DNA from: Candidatus Eiseniibacteriota bacterium
GTDB lineage: Bacteria; Eisenbacteria; RBG-16-71-46; JABDJR01
Direction: 5' to 3'
Assembly: GCA_963783375.1 (NCBI GenBank)
Contig: CAWANH010000029.1
Span: forward strand, 1,152,001 to 1,216,000
Length of the DNA stretch: 64,000 nt
Part shown: positions 9,248-20,129 of the stretch, piece by piece
Layout of the letters: every line of letters starts with the position of its first letter
How positions within the stretch are numbered: position 1 is the first letter of the stretch
Notes under the pieces: model-generated
The model's database searches: none
Seen by the model: only the letters and a program-made list of their open reading frames with translations
Told to the model about the DNA's origin: nothing
Program-made: the position numbers and the translations under genes

Positions 9248-11657
9248 GTCGCCTCCGAGGTTCGAGTGGGGAGGCATCGAGGAGATCCCGGATCCTCTCT
9301 CCCAGTTCCGCCGCGCTCCCGATGCGTTCGTCCGGTTCGCGGGCCATGGCCGCCGCGGTAAGGGCCTCGATTTCCGGCGGCACCCCCTCGGAAAGCTCGC
9401 TCATGGGCCGCGCCTCCCCTTCGAGGTGCTGGAAGAGGATCTTGACCGGGGTTTCGGCGGTGAACGGGGGCCGCCCGGTGATCATCTCGTAGAGGACGAT
9501 GCCCAGGCCGTACACGTCGACCCGGTGATCGGCTTCCTCGCCGCGGATCTGCTCGGGGGCCATGTACTCGGGGGTCCCGATCAGGAGCCCGCTCTTGGTG
9601 AGCCGGGACCCGACCCTCTGCTCGGCCCACGCCAGGCCGAAGTCCACGATCTTCACCTCGTCGTCCACTCCCACCAGGATGTTCCCGGGCTTGATGTCCC
9701 GGTGCACCACCCCCGCCTCGTGGGCCGCGACCAGACCGTCGCAGGCCTGCGCCAGAATGCCGAGCGAACGCCAGGGATCGAGCTTCCCCGCCTCGGTCAG
9801 GACCTTCCCCAGGTCTCGCCCCGGGAAATACTCCATGGACACCGCGTGCGCGCCGCCCAGATCGATCAGGTCGTAGATGCGGATCACGTTCCGGTGGGTG
9901 ATCTTCCGGGTGAGCTTCAGCTCCTGCACGAAACGACGGATGGCCCCTTCATCCTCGGAGAGGTGGGAGTTCAGGATCTTGAAGATGATGCGGTCCTGGA
10001 CCGCGGTGTCCTCGACCAGGTAGATGGCTCCGAACCCTCCCCGACCGATCCGCTGGACCACGCGATACCGGTTGAGTAGCTCCATCCCCGGGGACAGCTC
10101 GCGGAAGTTGGTGGAGGGGTCCTTGTCCGCCTCGGGGCGTCGCGCCCCGGGGGGAACCGATCCGATGGCCGCGAACGGCGAATCCCCCGAACCCGCGGTC
10201 ACCGGGAACGGCAGGCCCGTTCCGGAACCCTGGTGTCGCTTGCCTTCGACCTGGAGCGGCATGTCGGCGCGCGCCTCGGACTCGGGGCCGATCCGGGCCG
10301 CCCCCAGGGCGTCGTTCACCCGGCGTCGTTCCTCCGCGTCGAGGTCGGCGCTGGAGAGCAGCTTCAGGGCGGAAGCGGCTTCGCGCCGGATCTCCTCGCT
10401 CTCGGACTTCGCGAGCCGGCTCAGGGGCTCCAGCGCCCGGGGATCGCCGATCGCGCCCAGGGCGCGGGCGCAGAGCGGAGCCACCGTCGAATCGGCGGCC
10501 ATCAGATCCATGAGCGGCTCCACCGCGCGCGTATCGCGGGTGCGGGCCAGGGCGTCGATCGACCGTTCCCGGACCCACCAGTCGGAGTCGCCCAGGGCCC
10601 GGATCAAGGGCTCCACCGCGCGCGCGCTGGGAATCGCGTTCAGGATCTCCACCGCGTACCGGCGAACGAACTCGTCCTCTTCTCCGAGCAGGCCGAGCAC
10701 CGCTTCCACCACCCGCTCCCCTCCCAGGCTCCCCAAGGCGTCGGCGGCTCGCACCCGCACCCACCAGTCCTCGTCCCGGAGCGCCCGCACCAGGTCCTGG
10801 ACCGCCTCGGTGGTGGCCACCTCGTTCAGGACCTCCACCGCGGCCCGGCGGGAGTACTCGGACTCGTCCTTCAGGATCTCCAGGAGGTACGGCACCGCGG
10901 AGGAGTCTCCAAGCTCGATCACCGCGTCGATGACCTCGGTCTGCACCTTGAGATCCTCGTCCCGGAGCGCCCGCACCAGATCGCCGATCTGCGAACGCGC
11001 TTCCATCTGGCGGAGCGACCGCACCGCTTCCAGACGGACGCTCTTGTGCTCGTCCTGGAGCGTGGCAATCAGGGCGGGAGCCACCCGTTCGGCGTCGAAC
11101 CGGGCCAGGAGCTTCACCATGTAGAGGCGGATCCACCAGTCCTCGTGGCGGAGGAGTTCGACCATGGGAGCCAGCACGGACTCGTCCGCGTTTCGCTCCA
11201 GGAGCCGAAACACCACCCCCCGGGCCTCCTTGCTGAGACCGGGCAGGACCGCCACCAGCTTTCGCGGGGGCATGTGCGGAGCCTGCGCGGTGAGGATTCC
11301 CTCCAGTACCCCCCTGGGCAAGGTGCGGTCGGCGAGGAGATCGATGAGCCGCTCGGGATCGTACCCCCGGCCCCGCTCCAGTACCTGGGCCACCCCGGAA
11401 ACCACGGCGGGGTTCGGGGAAGAGAGGGCATCCAGATAGGCGGGCAGGGTCTCGTCTTCGAGAAGGCGGGCGAGGATCTCCTGGGCGGGTCCGCGAGCTT
11501 CACCGTGGCTCAGGCAGTCCAGGACGCGAGGAAGCGTGGGCGCGCCCAAAGCCACCAGGTCCTCTTGGGCCCGGCCCAGCGCCGCGGGAGAGACGGAGCG
11601 GGAGACCTTGAGCCTCCGAACGCACCGTCCCGCTCTGAACTCATTGAGCAGGTTCAT
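9240..11657 (-). CDS. HEAT-repeat protein with C-terminal Hanks-type Ser/Thr kinase
   Basis: Repeats such as LRDEDWWVRVRAADALG; kinase GRGGFG, HRDIKPGN, DFG, GTPEYMAPE, DVYGLG. Confidence 0.9.
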   Translation of the reverse strand: MNLLNEFRAGRCVRRLKVSRSVSPAALGRAQEDLVALGAPTLPRVLDCLSHGEARGPAQEILARLLEDETLPAYLDALSSPNPAVVSGVAQVLERGRGYDPERLIDLLADRTLPRGVLEGILTAQAPHMPPRKLVAVLPGLSKEARGVVFRLLERNADESVLAPMVELLRHEDWWIRLYMVKLLARFDAERVAPALIATLQDEHKSVRLEAVRSLRQMEARSQIGDLVRALRDEDLKVQTEVIDAVIELGDSSAVPYLLEILKDESEYSRRAAVEVLNEVATTEAVQDLVRALRDEDWWVRVRAADALGSLGGERVVEAVLGLLGEEDEFVRRYAVEILNAIPSARAVEPLIRALGDSDWWVRERSIDALARTRDTRAVEPLMDLMAADSTVAPLCARALGAIGDPRALEPLSRLAKSESEEIRREAASALKLLSSADLDAEERRRVNDALGAARIGPESEARADMPLQVEGKRHQGSGTGLPFPVTAGSGDSPFAAIGSVPPGARRPEADKDPSTNFRELSPGMELLNRYRVVQRIGRGGFGAIYLVEDTAVQDRIIFKILNSHLSEDEGAIRRFVQELKLTRKITHRNVIRIYDLIDLGGAHAVSMEYFPGRDLGKVLTEAGKLDPWRSLGILAQACDGLVAAHEAGVVHRDIKPGNILVGVDDEVKIVDFGLAWAEQRVGSRLTKSGLLIGTPEYMAPEQIRGEEADHRVDVYGLGIVLYEMITGRPPFTAETPVKILFQHLEGEARPMSELSEGVPPEIEALTAAAMAREPDERIGSAAELGERIRDLLDASPLEPRRRHA

Positions 11658-11721
11658 CCGCGATCATCCTCGCGAGTCGACGGGTCGGCCCGCGGCGGGT
11701 GAAGGGCCGACCCGGCCGGGA

Positions 11722-12333
11722 TCAACCCCGGCCCAGGAACCACAGACCGGCCCCACCCACCAGCACCCCCACCAGGAAGGAGATGATCAGGAGGAGCGTT
11801 ACGGCGGCGTTCGAGAACCCGGTTCGCACGGTCTGCGCGGACATGGAGGCCGGCCTCTCGGTCCCGTCCTGCTCGCGATACTCCGAAGCCAGGTTCTCGA
11901 GTTCCACGGTGGAGAGCACGGTGGTGCCCTGAAAGGCGGTGGGGGTCAACTGCCGCGTGTCCCCCGCCTGGTGGCCGCGGCGTTCGTCCTCGTAGCTGAT
12001 CCAGAGGGAGAACTTCCCGATGTGCAGAACGTCGTTCTCCATCAGGACTTCGCGCTTTGCCTGGATCATCTTCTCGTTCAGGACGGTGCCGTTGGCGCTC
12101 CCCAGATCCTCGGCCTCGTAGTAGCCCCGGGGGACGGCGTGGAGCCGCAAGTGGTGGCGGGACACCCCGGGATTGTCCAGAAAGACATCGCTGTCCGGGT
12201 CCCGACCCACCGTGACCATCTCCTGTTTGAAACGATAGGAGCGGATCGGCCTCCCCTTCAGGGAGAGCCGCACCTTGAGAACCTTGGTTCCCGGCTGAGG
12301 GGCTCCGTCGCTTACGTGTTCGGGCAGTCCCAT
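11722..12333 (-). CDS. FHA-domain protein with C-terminal transmembrane anchor
   Basis: VGRDPDSDVFLDNPGVSRHH, DLGSANGT; hydrophobic C-terminus; AAGGAGG upstream of ATG 12333. Confidence 0.85.
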   Translation of the reverse strand: MGLPEHVSDGAPQPGTKVLKVRLSLKGRPIRSYRFKQEMVTVGRDPDSDVFLDNPGVSRHHLRLHAVPRGYYEAEDLGSANGTVLNEKMIQAKREVLMENDVLHIGKFSLWISYEDERRGHQAGDTRQLTPTAFQGTTVLSTVELENLASEYREQDGTERPASMSAQTVRTGFSNAAVTLLLIISFLVGVLVGGAGLWFLGRG

Positions 12334-12691
12334 CGTGTCCACGCCTCCTTCCTGCGCGCGAGGTTCGATACGCCTCGTGTCGTTATCGGCACGCCGGATA
12401 TGGGGTTTAAGGCCGCGAGGCGTCGGCGGGGCAACGGGGACGGCTCGCGGGGTGGGGGGACGGGCCTATCGGCTTATCCGGCAAGAAGTTGGAGCTTTCG
12501 AGGACCTCCGGCCGCTCCCCGAGACCCCGACGTGGACGCCGGCGCGCCGCCCATCGGGCAAAGGGATTTGCGTTATCCACCGCATTTCGCCCGGCCGCGG
12601 GTGCTTAATCAAGTGGGCTCATGGCGATGGGGTCGCCCGCGGAGGCAGGCGGCCAGCCGGTTTCTCGTGGAAGGCGGAGGCGGGGAGTTCG

Positions 12692-15600
12692 ATGGACGAG
12701 GCTCTCGGGCGGGAAGGCCGATCTTCTCCGGAGCCCTCCTCCGGGGCGGCGGGGGGAGACGGCGCCCGGGCGCGGGCGATCGCCGACCAGTTCGAGGTCG
12801 CCCTGGGCTGCCCCGATGCGGTGACCGCGGCCCTGGCCGGAATCCTGGCGGGGACCGGTACCCTGCCCACCGGGCGCGAGAAGACGCTCCTCGGCCTGGC
12901 TCCCCTGCTTCGGCGGCGCACCGGGGCGGTGGCCGCCGCGCTCTTCGACGGTCTGTCCTCCGCCCTGGACCGCCTCCCCGATCCCCGGCCGCTCCTTCTG
13001 GAACTTCTTCGCACCCGGGATCCCGAACTGCTTTCCCGCGCGCTCGCCCACACGGAACGCCTGGTCGCGGCGAAGGCCGTTCATCCGGACCGCCGACTGC
13101 TGGCCTTCTTCGCCGAGCGATTCGAGGAACGCGGCGGGCTTTGGGAGCGCCCCGAGACCCTGAATCGCGTGGCCGAACTGGTGGAATCCTCCGGCCCTTC
13201 TCCGCCCTGGACCGATTTGCTGACCGATCCCGCCGACCCCGGTAGCGCCCGGTTGGCCGCGCGAGCCCTCGACCGGCACGGGGAACCCGCCCCCCCCGGG
13301 GTCGCCCGGCGGATCCTCGGGGAGGTGGCCTACGCATTTCTCGCCCCCTACCTGGCCTACACCCGGGCCGGCCATGCCGATCTCCTGGCCCTGGTCCCCC
13401 GCCCCGGCGCCCCGCCGCCGGCGCTCGCCGCCCTCCGCCGGGCGGCCGAGCGATGCGGCGAGAGCGCCCTCCGGGACATCGTGGCCCGGTTGGGCTGGCC
13501 GGCCGTGAACCTGGGGCTCGAGGCGGGGCCGGTATGGGAGGTCTCGCTGGCGGGAGCCTTCCCGTACCTGATGTCCCCGGAAGAAGCGCCGCTCCTCGAA
13601 GCGGTGGGCGAGACCCGGAAACACGGCGAGGCGATCCTCGCGGTGGCTCACGGCGGAGCGCCCGACCCCGGACGGGAGGGGCCGGGAGCCGAGGACCCGG
13701 TGGCCCGCTTTCGGGCCATGAACCTGGTCCACGCCGAGCTTCTGGCCGAGATCCTCGACGTCTCCCCCCTCACCCCGGAGAAGGTGCGCCGGATCCTCGG
13801 TGGGATGGACCGGATCGTCGCCGATTTCGTCGGAGTCTTCGCCCGCCACGCCGAGGACGAGGCGGCGGCGCTCCCCGGTCTCTACGCCGCACTCAAGGGT
13901 CGGGTCGAGGCGGAGCTCACCCCCGAGTCCCGCCCCGCCCAGCTCTCTGCCGAACTCACCCGGCTGGTCCAGGCCTTCGAAGACCCCCAAAGCCTCGCCG
14001 AGGTTCGCACCCTCCACGGCCTCAAGCGCTACCTCCACCAGCGGGGCCTCCGCCTGGGGTTCCGCCTGGTCGAGGCCGGACGCGCCACCAACCGGAGCGT
14101 CCGGGTTCTGGTGCTTCGGCCCCGGCGGGAGCCGCCGTCCCCGGTCGTCCTTCGCTACGTGGATTTCGAGCCCGGGGACTACGCGCCGGACTCCGCCCCC
14201 CCGGTTCCCTATCCGGTTCGGGCCCTGGCCGAAGGGATTTCCCGGCAGCTCCTTGTGGGAACATTGGAGTTTCCTGACGTTAAAATATTTTGCTATGGCA
14301 ACGAGGTCCACTACTACCTCGCTTTCGGCACCCATCCCGCGTTCCTCCGGGTGGACTACGCGCCGCCGCTCCGGGGGGGCATGGTCGACCTCGAGTACTA
14401 CGGGGTGAGCAAGGTGGATCTGGGGGCGCATCCCGACCCCAGCCTGGCCGGTATCCGCCTCCTCCTCGAACGGCTCGATTTCGACGTCACCATCGACGCC
14501 ACCCGGGTCCATGCCCGCTACGACAAGGAGCGGGCGCTGGATCTCGGAGAGCTGTGCGAGCACGCCGAGGCCCTCCTCCGTCTCCTCCCCCACGTGATGG
14601 ACGTGGACTGGACGATCGGGTCGCTCCGGCTCTCGCCGGCGGCGCGGTGCGCGACCGCGGAGGCCTGGGCGGAGTTCTTCCTGCGCTGGGGGTCGCTTCC
14701 GGTCGAGCGCTTCCTCACCGACGACCGGGTGGGGATCACCACCGGGCGGGAGACGGGCCCGGCCGGAGACCGCGAAACGGTGTGGGACGGCCGGGGGCCC
14801 TACCGCGACCGGTACCGCCCCGCCCCCGCGGCCCGGGATTTCCTGCCGCTGGTGGAGAGCCTGGGGGCCGGGGGCCGGGCGATTGCCGCGGAACTGGAGT
14901 CGGCGGGGGGTGAACCGATGGGGCAACTCGCCCTGGAGCGGCTCGTGCTCCGCCCGCTCCACGAGGCGGCGGGAGAACCCTCCGCCGGGGCCACGCACTC
15001 CGGGAGGCGACCCGGCGGCCCGCCTCCCCACGAGGCCGAGCGATTCGCACACATCCTGGAGGGAGGCGTGGAGCCGGTCGCCGCCGCGGCGCGCGCGGCG
15101 GCCCTGGTCGCCCCGCTCACCCGAAGCCTCCGCTTCCGGACCACCGGGTCGGTGGAGGGTTTTGCCACCCAGCACGCGGTGGTTCCCCTTCGAGGGGCCC
15201 GCCTGGACGCACACGTGCTCCGCGATCCCTCGGGGCTGATCCGCCTCGCCTACTTCACCGGAGTCGGAAGAGACGGCCGGCGGAGGCTCGGGGGAGTGGG
15301 GTGGCCCGGCGAAGCCGGTCCGGAGGAGGGAACCGCGATCACCGGAGAAGGGACCGGCGCCGGCGATCCGGGGCTCGACGCCGCGCGCCTGGCCGCCCTC
15401 CTCCGGCGAAACAGCTACCCCGTGGTCGAGACCGGGGGGAGCGATTCGGAGGTGGAAGCCGAAGCCCGTGAAACGCTCGCCGCGGTCGGGCGCTCCGCCC
15501 ACCTCCCCCGTCCCCGACCCATCCCCGGAGAGCGATTGGTCACCGGGCTCCGCGCTTCCCCCGGCCGCGCGGTGGGGCGGGCGGTTCTCGATGCGGCGGG

Positions 15601-17835
15601 CCGGACCCCCGAATCGCTTCGCGGCGCGGTGCTGGTCGCCGCTTCCGTCCGTCCCGAGGACACGGTGTTCTTGTTTCACGCGGCGGGGGTGGTCTCCACC
15701 GGGGGCGGGATCCTGAGCCACGCCGGCCTCACCGCGGTGCAGTTTCGAAAACCCGCGCTGGTGATCTCCGGCCGCTGGGAAATGCGCCCGGACGGCGTTC
15801 GCGTGCTCTGGTACCGGGTCACGAGCTGGCGGCCGGAGATCCGCACCGTGGCCGGCTTCGAGATCGAGATGCGCCGGGATCTCCGGGAGAGCGAGCACGC
15901 CCTGGCCGAAGGGGATCTGGTGGTGGTGGACGCCGAGTCGGGAAGGCTCCGGGTGCTGGGGCAGGATCGCGAGGTCCTGGCCCTGACCGAGGATCTGGCC
16001 GAGTTGGGCGAGGCCCACCGCCTTCTGGCCGGCGCCCGGGACGAGCGGGAGATTCTGGCCCTTCGCGGGCGGCGGCTCAGGGCCCGTCACCAACTGTTGA
16101 AGCTCCTGGGGCGACTCCACGATCCGATCCCGGCCCGGCACGCGGTGGAGGAAATCCTGAGCGGGGTTTCCCTGGCCACCGGAGCGGGGGCGCGGGAAGA
16201 GAAGGGACCGCTCCTCATCGCCCTTCTGGCCAACCCCTTCACCGGGGGCGCGGCGCGCGACGCGCTCCTGGCGCTCACCCGCGGGCTGGCCCGGCGGGTG
16301 GCCGTGCGGGCCGCCGAAGCGGTGCGACGGCTTCCCACCGCCGACACCCTCTTCGAGATCCTGGCCCAGCGCCTCGGCCTGGTCCGGGTCCAAAGCGCCC
16401 TGGAGGAAGCGACGGCGGCGCTCACCGCCTGCGGTCTCCCCCCCGAGTCGGCCGAACCCGCCTTCGATCTCGCCGCTTTCGACGTGGGCGCGCGGGAGCG
16501 GCTCCTGGCCATCCGAAGCGAGCAGCTCCGTGCGGTGACTGGATCCGACGCCGGCGGCCCCCGGCTCCGCCATCACCTCCGACGGCTCCGCCGGCTGGAC
16601 GCGGTGCTCGACGTCCCCGAGGCCGACCGGCGGGACGTCACCGCGCTCGACCGGGCGCTGGCCCGCCGCGACCGGGCGGTGCGGACGGGATGCCAGGGGC
16701 GCCAGGTCCTCCTCCCCGCCGAGTGCGGTTTCGAGATGAACCCCCTGATCGGCTGGAAGGCGGCGAACCTGGCCGAGGTGGAGCGGCTGATCGGACCGGA
16801 CCGGGTGCCCCGCTGGTTCGTGGTGACCCACGGCTCCTTCGCGGAGATGCTCCGAAACCCCCTCCCCCGCGGGGAACCGACGAGCGAAGGACCCCGGTGG
16901 CGCTCGGGGAGGCGATCGGCGTGGTGCTGGAACGGGCCGATCTCACCCCGGGGCAGAAGTCCCTCCGCATCCACGATCTGTGGGAGAAGGCGACCCTGCC
17001 GCCGCTCCTGGTGCGGGAGGTGACCGCGGCCTATCGCGCGCTGGCCGAGGCCCCGCCGGACGCGGACCGGGGCGGGCCGCCGTCCCCGGAGACGGAGGGC
17101 GACGAGGCCGGCCTCCCCTACGTGGCCGTCCGTTCCTCCGCGCGCGAGGAGGACGCCGAAGCTGCGGCCCGGGCCGGCGAGTTCGACACCTTCCTCTACA
17201 TCCGGGGGGTGGAGCCGCTCCTCGGATTTCTGAAGCGGGCCTGGAGCGGTCTCTGGACCGAGCGGGCAATCCACAGCCGGTCGGCGTTCGGGATCGGCCT
17301 GGAGGAAATCGGAGGGGGCGTGCTCGTTCAGCGCATCGTCCCCGCCCGGGTCGCCGGGGTGCTCCAGACCGTGAACGTGGGCGAGGACGAGCACCGGGAA
17401 ATGGTGCTGAACGCCGGGCTCGGGCTCGGGGAAGGGGTGGTCTCGGGCACGGTGGGCGCGGATCACGTGGTGGTCCGGAAGGAGGGGGACCTGGAGCATG
17501 CCCCGCTCCGTTTCCGCTACGTGACCGCGGACAAGCGGGAGCGGGTGGTTTTCGACGCCCGCACCGGGTTCGGCACCGAGCGCGTCGAATCGCTCTACCA
17601 CCAACGGCTCCGCCCCGCCCTCGAATACGTGGAACTCAGGGAGCTGGTGATCACCGCCCAACGCCTGGAAGAGGCCTACGGCTACCCCCTCGACCTGGAG
17701 TTCGCGGTGGAGGGGAGCCGGACCTGGATCCTCCAGGTGCGACCGGTGGCCACCTTTCTCTCCGCCCTCAACGAGACCCTCGAGCGCCGGCCCCTCGGTT
17801 CCACGGCCGCCGCCCTCAAGGAGACGACGCCATGA
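12692..17835 (+). CDS. Large PEP-synthase/PPDK-like dikinase, order: unknown region - phospho-His swivel - ATP-grasp; frameshift at ~16890
   Basis: GGILSHAGLTAVQFRKPALV (His at 15719); IGWKAANLAE then, in next frame, AVRSSAREED, AGEFDT, GLGEGVVSG, DLEFA, ILQVRP; start codon uncertain. Confidence 0.75.
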
Positions 17836-20088
17836 TCCGACGCGAGGATTCCCTCACCTATCACGCTGCCGGGCGCCCCGGAAAGATCGAGGTGCGGGGG
17901 ACCAAGCCCTGCCTCACCCCGCGCGAGATGCGGCTGGCTTACCTCCCCGGCGCGGCATTCCCTTCGGCGGAGATCGCCGAGACCCCGGCCGAGGTATTCC
18001 GCTACACCGCGCGCGGGAATCTGGTGGGGGTGATCACCAATGGATCCGCCGTCCCCGGCCTCGGCAACGTCGGCCCCGAGGCGGCCAAGCCCATGCTCGA
18101 GGGGATGGCGGTGCTGTTCAAGCGCCTGGCTGACATCGACGTTTTCGATCTCGAACTCGCGGTGGAGGACCCCGATCACTTCGTGGAGGTGGTGAAGGCG
18201 CTGGAGCCCACCTTCGGCGGGGTGAACCTGAAGGACATCCGCGCCCCCGAGGGCCTCATCCTCTTCGACCGGTTGAGCGAGGCCCTCCACATCCCGGTTT
18301 TCCACGAGAACCTCTACAGCTCGGCGGTGGTGGCGGGGGCGGCGCTGCTGAACGCTCTCGACCTGGTGGAGAAACGGATCGGGGAGATCCGGGTTGTGGT
18401 GTGCGGGGCGGGCACCATGGGGACCGGCTGCGTGCGGCTTTTCCTGCGCCTGGGGGTGCGGCCGGAGAACCTCCTGGTCTACGACCTCCACGGCCTCGTG
18501 CATCCGGCGCGCACCGATCTCCACGACTTCCAGCGTCTCTACGCCCGCGACCACGCCGCGCGCACCCTGGCGGAAGGACTTCGAGGCGCCGACGTGTTCC
18601 TCGGAGCCTCGGCCGCCGGAGTCCTGACCCCCGAGATGATCCGCTCCATGGGCCGCTATCCGGTGGTCTTCGCCCTGGCCACCCCGGAGCCGGAGATCGG
18701 GTACGAAGCGGCGCGCTCTAGCCGGAAGGACGTGATCGTGGCCACCAGCCTCGGCCAGGACCCGAACGCGGTGGTGGACCTGTTGAGCTTTCCCTACATC
18801 TTCCGCGGGGCACTGGACGCCGGGGCCACCCGTATCACCGAGGGCATGCTGCTCGCGGCCTCGCGCGCCCTGGCCGAACTGGCCCGGGAGGACGTGGTGG
18901 AGGAGGTGGAGCGGGCCTACGGCCACCCGCACTTCGTCTTCGGACCGGAATACCTTCTCCCCAAGGCCATCGATCCCCGGATCCTGGTGCGGGAATCGGC
19001 GGCGGTGGCCCGCCAGGCGGTGGAGGAAGGGGTGGCGCGCCACCCCCTGGCCGACGCCGCCTACCAGGAGAGCCTCGCCGTCCGCCTGGGAACCGGAAGG
19101 GAGACCCTGCGCGGGCTGATCCTGAAAGCCCGCCAGGAAAACCCGCGGGTGGTCTTTCCCGAGGGCACCAACGAGACCATTCTTCGCGCCGCGGGCATCC
19201 TGCTCGACGAGGGGATCGCCCGACCGATCCTGCTCGGCCGCGAGGACGAGGTGCGGGAGTCGATCCGCCGGCTCGGGCTCGACCTGGGCGGGGTCCAGGT
19301 GGTGGATCCGGCGAAGAGCGCGCGGGCCGAGATCTACGCGGAGGCCTACTTCCGCATGCGGAGGCCGGCGCGGGGTCATGCGGGAGGCGGCCCGCGAACG
19401 GCTGGAGCGCCGGGACGTGTTCGCGGCCATGATGCTCCACTCCGGGGACGCGGACATGATGGTGGCGGGGATCCTCGCCCATTACGCGGAGTCCCTCCGC
19501 ACCATCCTCGAGGTGATCGGGCCCGCGCCGGGGGTGAAGCGGATCGCCAGCCACTACCTGGTGCTCCTCCCCAAGGACGTCTACCTGCTGGCCGACTGCG
19601 CGGTGAACATCGACCCCGATGCCGACGAGCTGGCGGAGACCGCCCTCATCTCCGCCCGCATGGCCCGCTCGGTGGGGATCGAGCCGAGGGTGGCCATGCT
19701 CTCCTTCTCCAACTACGGGAGCGTCGACCATCCCTCCACCCTGAAGGTCCGCCGGGCGGTGGAGATCGCCCGGGAGCGGGAGCCGGGACTCATCATCGAC
19801 GGCGAGATGCAGATCGCCACCGCGGTAAACGGGGAACTCCGGCGCGAGCACTTCCCCTTCACCCGGCTGGAGAAGGACGCCAACGTGCTGGTCTTCCCCG
19901 ATCTCCAGTCCGGCAACCTCGCGCTCCAGGTGCTCCAGCACCTCGGGGAGGCGGTGCCGATCGGACCGGTCCTCATGGGCACGCGGCTCCCGGCCCACCT
20001 CCTCCAGTACGGCACCACGGTGGAGGAGGTGGTGAACCTGACCGCGGTGGGGGTAGTGGAGGCGGCGGCGGCGCGGCGCTCGGGGTAG
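17832..20088 (+). CDS. maeB: MaeB-type malic enzyme-phosphotransacetylase fusion with degenerate active site; frameshift at ~19365
   Basis: [40 protein letters not shown]; PTA domain ADCAVN, AMLSFSN, DGEMQ, ANVLVFP; ATGA overlap with upstream gene. Confidence 0.85.
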
Positions 20089-20129
20089 GCGGGGGCGGCG
20101 GTCGGCGCCGGGACGGACCCCGCGCCGGC

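Noticed and set aside
3244-12333. Kinase/phosphatase/ATPase cluster as an anti-phage defence system
   Set aside because: No nuclease, toxin or other effector domain and no mobile context; signalling is the simpler reading, though defence is not excluded
12605-16831. 1408 aa antisense ORF and similar long ORFs (18835-22620, 23581-26700, 52386-55301, 56849-59605, 60149-62851)
   Set aside because: Shadow frames of real genes, expected at high GC; no recognisable motifs
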